Part shown: piece by piece, positions 18,889-27,292 of the stretch
How the letters are laid out: each line of letters starts with the position of its first letter
Position numbering within the stretch: position 1 is the first letter of the stretch
DNA from: a bacterium
Lineage (GTDB): Bacteria; UBP6; UBA1177
Length of the DNA: 64,000 nucleotides
Direction of reading: 5' to 3'
Assembly: GCA_016290135.1 (NCBI GenBank)
Contig: JAEESW010000001.1
Span: 55,565 to 119,564 of the forward strand
Program-made: the position numbers and the translations under genes
Notes under the pieces: generated by a model
The model's database searches: none
Seen by the model: only the letters and a program-made list of their open reading frames with translations
What the model was told of the DNA's origin: nothing

Positions 18889-19327
18889 ACCTATTACCTT
18901 GGCACAGCAAGAGATTAAGCTGAGAAAGGTATATCCCAACCTCATTGATAAAATTAGTGTGTCACGCAATGAATTGAGCTGTGTAATGAGGCTTCAGCCG
19001 ACTGCAGAAAGCAGAGAATATAAGGTAAATATTAGGTTCAAAATTGGATCTTGGCCCAAAGTAAAACTGGTGGATCCCAAAGAAATAGTTTTGGTAGACG
19101 GGAAGAAGCCACATCATCTTTACGGCAGAAGTGTTGATGGTGGGGAAAGGCTTTGCGTGTTTTATCCTAAGGACTGTGGGTGGACGGATAACCACTTCTT
19201 GGCAGATACATTTGTTCCATGGGTAATCACTTGGTTGAGTGCTTATGAGATCTGGCAAATTACAGGTGTTTGGGTCTATCCAGAATATGTTGATGGTAAG
19301 CCAAAGCAAGATCAAACTAAGGACTAG
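18872..19327 (+). CDS. Minimal E2 (UBC)-like protein, Cap2-short-like
   Basis: 151 aa. 'KKPHHLYGRSVDGGERLCVFYP' mimics the E2 HPN-x(n)-Cys active-site region (H81/H82, C95). 'FVPWVITWLSAYEIWQITGVW' follows. The start overlaps the CD-NTase 3' end by 17 nt. Confidence 0.5.
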   Translation: MARFNKPITLAQQEIKLRKVYPNLIDKISVSRNELSCVMRLQPTAESREYKVNIRFKIGSWPKVKLVDPKEIVLVDGKKPHHLYGRSVDGGERLCVFYPKDCGWTDNHFLADTFVPWVITWLSAYEIWQITGVWVYPEYVDGKPKQDQTKD

Positions 19328-19396
19328 AGATTTCGTATATTCCGTCCTAATGACAAACAAAATTTTTAACATCCCCATCTTGAAATGAGGTTTGAT

Positions 19397-19419
19397 GCAG
19401 GAATTATTAATTCCCCTGC
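19397..19419. terminator. Possible bidirectional hairpin between the convergent E2-like and HEPN genes
   Basis: GCAGGAATTA-T-TAATTCCCCTGC is an imperfect stem with a 2-nt bulge. It overlaps the last codons of the minus-strand ORF. There is no clean T-run. Confidence 0.3.
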
Positions 19420-20291
19420 TGTTTTAGGAAATACAGCAAAACCGTGTTAAGGACATCCGTAAAAAGCCAAAGCATCCTGGAAACAAAAAGTGGAGTTAGC
19501 ATTTCTTTGTCGATGTTCTTCCAATGTGCTAATGAATTCCGGATGTTAAGCCCTATACCATTAGACTCAGATAAGAGAAATTGAAGACTTTTCAGATGAT
19601 CATAATTAAAAATTTGTTCTATTTTTTTGTCCCAAAGCAATGTCCCGAGAGTTTTTCCGCTTTTGTTTTTATTTTTATTTTTGTCTCCTTTCTTTGTTTT
19701 ATCATCTTTTTCTTCAGGTATATTTTTGCTTTCATTTACATATGCTATTCTCAACAATTTTTCGATTATAGCACATGTCAGGCTTTCTATGGTGTAGCAC
19801 ATGGAATGCAATACTATTTCGGGACACTTATTCTGATTTCTGAGGATATATTCTAAGTTTTCGTGCAAAAAATCGACATCTTTTAATAAATTCTCGTCGT
19901 TGCTGGTTTCTTTATTGATAAGAGAAACGATGTTCTAAATTGATGCTATGTATTTATTCAAAGCATCGGGGCGGCTCATAAATCCCTCTAGTAAACCAGA
20001 ATACATTACAGAATATGCTAACAGCTGTGTTTTGCGCTCAACTGTAAAATACGGGTCTTTGTCTGGTTTGTCATTGTTATATTCTGGTATCGAATTTAAA
20101 ACTGCTATCAATTCTTCATGAACATTATCCGCGAGATAACTGATATATTTAGTATCTCCGTCTTTAATTTCTTTGTGATGAGTGATTTCAAGTAGTTGTT
20201 CTTCGAGTGGTAAGTTTGGATCGAGATTTTCTATCCATCGTTCCAGAAGATAATTCAAATTGCGCTTAGGCTGATTTTCTTGATCTGTCAT
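19407..20291 (-). pseudogene. HEPN-superfamily protein ('NIRNSLAH', DUF4209-like RNxxxH) interrupted by a single in-frame TAG (19935-19937)
   Basis: Track ORFs 19935-20291 and 19407-19868 are in the same frame. The 22 codons between them (NIVSLINKETSNDENLLKDVDF) contain no stop. The downstream ORF begins only at TTG with no RBS. The upstream ORF has AAGGAG 7 nt before ATG 20291. The combined reading frame is 294 codons. Confidence 0.6.
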
Positions 20292-20478
20292 AACAAAACT
20301 CCTTTTTTCAATAACAATAATCTGTTCTCTTTGTTTTCATTCCAAATATACATTGTGTTTGAAAACGCCATTATAAATAAGCACTTTCCCTTGAAGTCAA
20401 GAGGCTGACATGGATTCTTACGTATAAATTTTGGTGAAGTAACAAATTGTGACTTCACCAGATTCGACAACACCTCAT

Positions 20479-20508
20479 GACTGAGAGGACGGAGCTGTCA
20501 CAAATCGA
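20479..20508 (+). repeat. Copy 1 of the short motif pair GACTGAGAGGA / GGAGCTGTCACAAATCGA
   Basis: The same two blocks recur in swapped order at 21560-21588 (GGAGCTGTCGCAAAGCGA/CTGAGAGGGA). Confidence 0.5.
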
Positions 20509-20555
20509 TAAATGAAAAATTTAAAATTCGGTTAAAATAAAAATCTAAAAATAAT

Positions 20556-20583
20556 TTGACTTTTAAAAATAAGTGACTATATT
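20556..20583 (+). promoter_or_regulatory. Putative sigma70-type promoter of the MNT/HEPN operon
   Basis: TTGACT (20556-20561), 16-nt spacer, TATATT (20578-20583). Confidence 0.55.
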
Positions 20584-20591
20584 ACTTCCAT

Positions 20592-20669
20592 CGGTGAGTC
20601 CTACCGTTAAGTGGAATCTTTAAAAGCAGTGAACCCTACTGTGAGTGGGAACTTTAAAAGCGGTGAGAA
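20592..20669 (+). repeat. Tandem direct repeats (35 nt, 34 nt and a 9-nt partial) in the 5' leader of the MNT/HEPN operon
   Basis: R1 is CGGTGAGTCCTACCGTTAAGTGGAATCTTTAAAAG (20592-20626). R2 is CAGTGAACCCTACTGTGAGTGGGAACTTTAAAAG (20627-20660). The partial CGGTGAGAA runs into ATG 20670. Hand alignment gives about 26/35 identity. Confidence 0.7.
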
Positions 20670-21011
20670 ATGAACAAGAAGATGATTGACAGCGCGATGA
20701 AGGACCTCGCGGCTGAAGCAAAAAACATATACGGTGAAAAACTGAAAGAAGTGATTCTTTTCGGTTCTTGCGCAAGAGGCGATTTCGAGGATGACAGTGA
20801 TGTTGATATAATGATCCTTCTCGATGTGCCGAGAAGCGAAGTCGAAGAAGCCAATCACAAAATGGGTTCCGTGATAAGCAGACTTGATAAAAAATATGAA
20901 TACGAACTTCTGTTTTCCCCCATTGTGCAGAGCTACAGCGAGTTCAATTACTGGATCGAAGCCCTTCCTTTTTATCAAAATGTCCGTAAAGAAGGCATAA
21001 GGTATGCGTGA
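20670..21011 (+). CDS. Minimal nucleotidyltransferase (MNT) antitoxin of an MNT/HEPN pair
   Basis: 'ILFGSCARGDFEDDSDVDIMILLD' (GSxxRG...DxD). 113 aa. Overlaps the HEPN gene by 8 nt. Confidence 0.85.
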   Translation: MNKKMIDSAMKDLAAEAKNIYGEKLKEVILFGSCARGDFEDDSDVDIMILLDVPRSEVEEANHKMGSVISRLDKKYEYELLFSPIVQSYSEFNYWIEALPFYQNVRKEGIRYA

Positions 21012-21417
21012 AATCAGCCAGCAGGCAAAAGATTTGTCGATATATCGACTGGAAAGAGCGAAAGAAGACTGTACCGCTGCCGAAAACAATTTAGGGCTTA
21101 AAGATCTCAGAACTGCAGTAAACCGCGCATATTATGCTATATTTCATGCTTTGAGAGCGGTTCTGGCACTTGACGAATACGACTCTAAGAAACACAGCGG
21201 AATCATAAGCGAATTTCGTCTGCGCTATGTCAAAACCGGCATTTTCGACGAAGAAATATCCGATATGATCGGCAAAGCATTCCAGGTAAGGAACAAGTCT
21301 GATTATGAAGATATGTACATCGTTAGCAGAAACGATACCGAAATTCAGATACGAAACGCAAAAACTATTATTGACGCGGTCGAAAAATATCTGAAAGACG
21401 AAAAAATAATCGGCTGA
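21004..21417 (+). CDS. HEPN-domain toxin of an MNT/HEPN pair
   Basis: 137 aa and all-helical. 'AYYAIFHALRAVL' and 'FQVRNKSDYED' are classical HEPN (PF05168-type) motifs. Confidence 0.85.
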   Translation: MREISQQAKDLSIYRLERAKEDCTAAENNLGLKDLRTAVNRAYYAIFHALRAVLALDEYDSKKHSGIISEFRLRYVKTGIFDEEISDMIGKAFQVRNKSDYEDMYIVSRNDTEIQIRNAKTIIDAVEKYLKDEKIIG

Positions 21418-21492
21418 ATCAGTGATTCTGATATCGAAATCCTCTCGCTTTTCCTAAAAAAATCAGTATAATGCAGCGGTTTGACCTCTTTG

Positions 21493-21588
21493 CCCTCTCC
21501 GTCAGCCTTTGGCTGCCACCTCTCCCTGAGTGAGAGGCAAGCTTGGCTCCCACTTTGGGGGAGCTGTCGCAAAGCGACTGAGAGGGAG
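21493..21588. repeat. Imperfect palindromic intergenic element of about 95 nt (copy 2 of the GGAGCTGTC.CAAA.CGA / CTGAGAGGGA motif)
   Basis: Outer arms CCCTCTCCGTC (21493-21503) and GACTGAGAGGG (21576-21586) match 10/11 as reverse complements. Inner hairpins are CCTCTC-N7-GAGAGG (21519-21537) and GTCGC-AAA-GCGAC (21566-21578). Confidence 0.55.
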
Positions 21589-21620
21589 ATAAAAAGGGTG
21601 AGGTCTTTACGGAGGTTTCA

Positions 21621-22862
21621 ATGCGCAGATTCGAAGATCTAAAAATAGCTGTTGCCGGAAGCGGTTATGTCGGTTTGTCACTGGCTGTTCTGCTCTCTCA
21701 GCATCACGATGTAACGGCGGTCGATATTGTTCCTGAAAAGGTGAAACTTCTTAATGAAAAGAAGTCGCCGATCCAGGATGACTACATCGAGAAGTATCTG
21801 GCTGAAAAGAAGCTCGGTCTGAAAGCGACGACTGACGGGAAAAGCGCTTATGCCGATGCTGATTTTGTCGTTATCGCGGCTCCGACGAATTACGATCCGC
21901 AGAAAAATTTCTTCGATACGAGCGCGGTTGAAGCGGTAATCGACCTTGTTATGAGCGTCAACAAAAACGCGATAATGGTCATAAAGTCGACGATCCCTGT
22001 TGGTTTTACGAGACATATCCGCGAGAAGAAGGGGAGTGAGAACATAATTTTCAGTCCTGAATTTCTGCGTGAGTCGAAGGCTCTTTACGACAATCTTTAT
22101 CCGAGCAGGATAATTGTCGGATGCGATGAAAAAACGCGCGGAGCCGCTGAAATTTTTGCAAAACTTCTTCAGGAAGGCGCCGAAAAGAAGGATGTCCCGA
22201 CACTTTTCATGGATTTTACGGAAGCGGAGGCGGTAAAGCTTTTCGCGAACACCTACCTGGCACTGCGTGTGAGCTACTTCAACGAGCTTGACACCTACGC
22301 CGAGATGAAAGGGCTCAACACGGCGAACATCATCAAAGGAGTATGCCTTGATCCGAGGATAGGAGACCAGTACAACAATCCTTCGTTCGGATACGGCGGA
22401 TACTGCCTTCCGAAGGACACGAAACAGCTTCTCGCGAACTATGCCGACGTGCCTGAAAACCTGATCCAGGCGATAGTCGAAAGCAACCGCACGAGAAAGG
22501 ATTTCATTTCTGACCGCATTCTTGAACGGGCCGGATACTACACAGGAAGCAGCACCTGGAATCTGAAACGGGAAAAGTCGGTCACTGTCGGAGTCTACCG
22601 CCTGACGATGAAAAGCAACAGCGACAACTTCAGATCTTCCGCGATCCAGGGGATCATGAAGCGCATCAAGGCGAAAGGCGCGACGGTCATCATCTACGAG
22701 CCGACTCTTGACGACGGCACGACATTCTTTGGTTCAATCGTCGTCAACGATCTCGAACGCTTCAAAAAGAGCTGCGACGCGATCATTGCGAACCGCTACG
22801 ACAAAGTTCTTGATGATGTGGCGGATAAAGTCTATACGAGAGACCTGTTCAGAAGGGATTAG
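21621..22862 (+). CDS. ugd: UDP-glucose 6-dehydrogenase
   Basis: '[17 protein letters not shown]' and '[14 protein letters not shown]' (catalytic Cys region). 413 aa. Confidence 0.85.
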   Translation: MRRFEDLKIAVAGSGYVGLSLAVLLSQHHDVTAVDIVPEKVKLLNEKKSPIQDDYIEKYLAEKKLGLKATTDGKSAYADADFVVIAAPTNYDPQKNFFDTSAVEAVIDLVMSVNKNAIMVIKSTIPVGFTRHIREKKGSENIIFSPEFLRESKALYDNLYPSRIIVGCDEKTRGAAEIFAKLLQEGAEKKDVPTLFMDFTEAEAVKLFANTYLALRVSYFNELDTYAEMKGLNTANIIKGVCLDPRIGDQYNNPSFGYGGYCLPKDTKQLLANYADVPENLIQAIVESNRTRKDFISDRILERAGYYTGSSTWNLKREKSVTVGVYRLTMKSNSDNFRSSAIQGIMKRIKAKGATVIIYEPTLDDGTTFFGSIVVNDLERFKKSCDAIIANRYDKVLDDVADKVYTRDLFRRD

Positions 22863-22941
22863 GTGTTTCTGTATATTGATTTTTTGCGAGATTATTATAT
22901 CTTTCCGCCTGAATTCGTTTTTTACATTTCGGAGGTAAACA

Positions 22942-24258
22942 ATGTTTTCTAAATTGTATGACAAAATTGTGGCCGGAAAAGAAAAAATATCTCTGGTAGG
23001 ACTTGGTTATGTCGGAATGCCGATAGCGGTCGCTTTCGCGAGAAAGGTCAAAGTTGTCGGATTCGATTTGAACGATAAAAAAATAGCGCTTTACAAAAAA
23101 GGTATCGATCCTACGCATGAAGTCGGAGACGATGTTATCGCCAAAACAAAAGTTGAATTCACTTCCGACGAAAAGAAGCTCCGCACGGCGAAATTCCATA
23201 TCGTTGCGGTTCCTACGCCTGTAAACGACGACCACACTCCAGATTTGAATCCGGTCGAAAGTGCAAGTACCATTCTCGGACGCAACCTCGTAAAAGGTTC
23301 GGTCGTAGTGTTCGAATCGACTGTGCATCCAGGTGTCACTGAAGATGTCTGCGTTCCTATCCTTGAACGCGAGTCCGGCCTCAAATGCGGTCGTGATTTC
23401 AAAATCGGATATTCACCGGAGCGTATCAACCCCGGCGACAAAGTCCACCGTCTTGAGACGATCACAAAAATAGTTTCAGGCATGGACGAGGAAACTCTGG
23501 ACTGTGTAGCTAAAGTTTACGAACTTGTTGTTGAAGCAGGAGTTTACCGCGCAGAAAACATCAAAGTCGCAGAGGCTGCGAAAGTAATCGAAAACAGCCA
23601 GCGCGACATCAACATCGCCTTTATGAACGAGCTTTCCATAATTTTCAACAAAATGGGGATTGATACACAGGCAGTCCTGAAAGCGGCCGGAACAAAATGG
23701 AACTTCCTCAAATTCTATCCGGGTCTGGTAGGCGGTCACTGCATCGGCGTAGATCCTTACTACCTGACATATAAAGCGGAAAAAATCGGTTATCACAGCC
23801 AGATCATCCTCTCTGGCCGCAGGATCAACGACGACATGGGCAAATATGTAGCTGAATGCTGCGTCAAAAATCTGATTGCTTCGGATAAGGCTGTCAGAAA
23901 GGCAAAAGTCGCGATACTGGGTTTCACCTTCAAGGAAAACTGCCCCGACACGAGAAACACGAAAGTAATTGATATCGTTCACGAACTTCGTGAATACGGC
24001 ATAAATCCGATGATAGCCGACCCGGAAGCTGATGCTGCCGAAGCAAAAGCTCTTTACGGAATCGAGTTCGCCGATATCAGGGACGTAAAGGAGATGGATG
24101 CGGTCATCATTGCTGTCGCGCACAAAGAATTCAGCAATCTTAAAATGAAAAATATCGACAAATTTTTCGGCAAAGGCAAAAAAGTCCTTCTTGACCTCAA
24201 AGGCCTTCTCAACCGCAAAGAATACGAGGACGCAGGTTACAACTACTGGAGGCTCTGA
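22942..24258 (+). CDS. UDP-N-acetyl-hexosamine 6-dehydrogenase (TviB/WbpO/CapL-type nucleotide-sugar dehydrogenase)
   Basis: '[18 protein letters not shown]' and '[16 protein letters not shown]' (catalytic Cys). 438 aa. The exact substrate cannot be read from the sequence. Confidence 0.8.
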   Translation: MFSKLYDKIVAGKEKISLVGLGYVGMPIAVAFARKVKVVGFDLNDKKIALYKKGIDPTHEVGDDVIAKTKVEFTSDEKKLRTAKFHIVAVPTPVNDDHTPDLNPVESASTILGRNLVKGSVVVFESTVHPGVTEDVCVPILERESGLKCGRDFKIGYSPERINPGDKVHRLETITKIVSGMDEETLDCVAKVYELVVEAGVYRAENIKVAEAAKVIENSQRDINIAFMNELSIIFNKMGIDTQAVLKAAGTKWNFLKFYPGLVGGHCIGVDPYYLTYKAEKIGYHSQIILSGRRINDDMGKYVAECCVKNLIASDKAVRKAKVAILGFTFKENCPDTRNTKVIDIVHELREYGINPMIADPEADAAEAKALYGIEFADIRDVKEMDAVIIAVAHKEFSNLKMKNIDKFFGKGKKVLLDLKGLLNRKEYEDAGYNYWRL

Positions 24259-24318
24259 TCTTTCTGCTCCGGCCTCGAATCGCGGATGAGGCATTTCGTG
24301 AAACATCTCTGCAGGTTC

Positions 24319-24346
24319 TTGACTTCGTTCGGGAAATCATTAAAAT
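24319..24346 (+). promoter_or_regulatory. Putative sigma70-type promoter of guaB
   Basis: TTGACT (24319-24324), 16-nt spacer, TAAAAT (24341-24346). Confidence 0.5.
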
Positions 24347-24357
24347 GCCGCAACTGA

Positions 24358-25854
<1,497 letters not shown>

Positions 25855-25869
25855 TAATAAAGAGGTTGC

Positions 25870-27186
25870 ATGAACGATCGAAGCAAGGAAACTTTTCTCG
25901 GGCACCCGAAAGGGCTGTTCGTGCTTTTTTTCACCGAGCTCTGGGAGCGTTTTTCGTTCTACGGGATGAAGGCGATCCTCGTGCTTTACATGGTCGCGTC
26001 GGTGCAGGACGGCGGCCTCGGCTGGAGCGATGCGAAAGGGCTCGCGATTTTGGGCTACTACCAGCTTTTAGTCTACCTGATGTCAGTTCCCGGCGGTTTT
26101 GTGGCCGATAAAATACTCGGACAGCGCAAAAGCGTTTTCCTTGGCGGACTTCTTCTCTGCGCAGGGCACTTTCTGCTGGCTTATCCGCCGGTATGGGCGT
26201 TCTACGGCGCGCTCGGCCTTATAATTTTAGGTGTCGGACTTCTCAAACCCAACATTTCGACTATGGTCGGAGAGCTTTATCCTGACGGAGACCCGAGAAA
26301 GGACGCGGGTTTCACGATCTTCTACATGGGTATCAACGTCGGTGCTTTCGCAGCAGGGATCGCAGTCGGATGGCTTGCATACAAATACGGCTGGCACTGG
26401 GGATTCGGTCTTGCCGGAGTCGGAATGCTCGTCGGTCAGGCAGTATATGCCTACGGTCAGAGATATCTCGGAACTGCCGGACAGCTTAAGACCAAGGCGG
26501 AAAGCGGCGCAGTTGCCGAAAAACAGCCTCTTACCGCGCTTGAAAAGAGAAAGATCGGACTTGTTCTTTTTTCGTTTTTCATAGTCATCATCTTCTGGGC
26601 GGCTTACGAGCAGGCGGGCGGACTTCTCAACCTCTACACCGACCGCTACACTGAGCGCAACGTCCTCGGATTCGAAGTCCCGACGGCGTGGTTCCAGTCG
26701 CTCAACCCGCTTTACATCATGATCTTCGCCCCTGTCGTCGCTGCTTTCTGGGTATTTCTCGCAAAACACAAAAAGGAACCTTCGGCGATAATGAAGATGG
26801 GACTCGGAACAGTCATTTTAGGTATCGGATTCATCTTCATGGTCGGAGCTTCGCTTGAAAGAGGCGGCGACGAAGCGGCGAAAAGCAGCGCTCTCTGGCT
26901 CTGCATGGCCTATTTCTTCAACACGATAGGCGAACTCGCGCTTTCACCGGTCTCGCTTTCTTTCATCACGAACATGGCTCCGAAACGGATGACTTCGCAG
27001 ATTATGGGCTGGTACTTCGCAGTTACCGGCGTTGCAGCATGGCTCGCTTCGAAAATAGGAACTTTAGCCGATGTTTTAGGCGAACTTTCGGTCTTCACTC
27101 TCATCGCCGCATTCACGATAATTTTAGGCGCTCTTTTGATGATTGTTGCACCCAAAATCAACAAAATTGCCAATATTTCAGAATAA
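25870..27186 (+). CDS. Proton-dependent oligopeptide transporter (POT/PTR2 family)
   Basis: 'GHPKGLFVLFFTELWERFSFYGM' and 'GGFVADKILGQRK' signatures. About 12 TM helices. Confidence 0.9.
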   Translation: MNDRSKETFLGHPKGLFVLFFTELWERFSFYGMKAILVLYMVASVQDGGLGWSDAKGLAILGYYQLLVYLMSVPGGFVADKILGQRKSVFLGGLLLCAGHFLLAYPPVWAFYGALGLIILGVGLLKPNISTMVGELYPDGDPRKDAGFTIFYMGINVGAFAAGIAVGWLAYKYGWHWGFGLAGVGMLVGQAVYAYGQRYLGTAGQLKTKAESGAVAEKQPLTALEKRKIGLVLFSFFIVIIFWAAYEQAGGLLNLYTDRYTERNVLGFEVPTAWFQSLNPLYIMIFAPVVAAFWVFLAKHKKEPSAIMKMGLGTVILGIGFIFMVGASLERGGDEAAKSSALWLCMAYFFNTIGELALSPVSLSFITNMAPKRMTSQIMGWYFAVTGVAAWLASKIGTLADVLGELSVFTLIAAFTIILGALLMIVAPKINKIANISE

Positions 27187-27292
27187 TCGCCGATTTTTAT
27201 TGCAATAAGTCAAAAAAAATATTATGCCTCAGTTGTTCTTTGTTTTGTGAAATCAGGTGTCCCGTTTTTAATATTTTTTTTAGGAGTGAAAA

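Noticed and set aside
19935-19937. The in-frame TAG might indicate stop-codon reassignment or pyrrolysine-type recoding across the genome.
   Set aside because: TAG ends many well-supported genes here at positions consistent with family lengths, for example 1305-1307, 37605-37607, 39634-39636 and 19325-19327. A genome-wide reassignment is therefore unlikely. Local nonsense mutation or leaky read-through remains possible and is reported as a finding.
20433-20459. Perfect 8-bp inverted repeat GGTGAAGT-N11-ACTTCACC in the divergent region upstream of the minus-strand HEPN gene.
   Set aside because: It could be an operator or a stem-loop. There is no T-run, no second copy and no associated regulator, so I cannot assign a function.
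20288-20473. 61-aa minus-strand ORF in the intergenic region.
   Set aside because: It overlaps the RBS and start region of the 19935-20291 ORF. It has no RBS and no recognisable features, so it is probably noise in AT-rich DNA.
20592-20669. The tandem repeats here, and those at 43675-43971, might be a CRISPR array.
   Set aside because: There are no unique spacers between repeats. The first set is about 2 contiguous units in a 5' leader, and the second is an in-frame coding repeat. No cas genes are present in the window.
14035-21620. Calling the island a mobile element such as an ICE, prophage or transposon.
   Set aside because: No integrase, transposase, tRNA attachment site or terminal inverted repeats were found. 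Only short direct repeats are present, so it is reported as an island and not annotated as a mobile_element.
27187-27292. Possible lysine riboswitch upstream of the lysine-transaminase gene.
   Set aside because: The leader is only about 105 nt and AT-rich. I could not recognise L-box helices or conserved cores.
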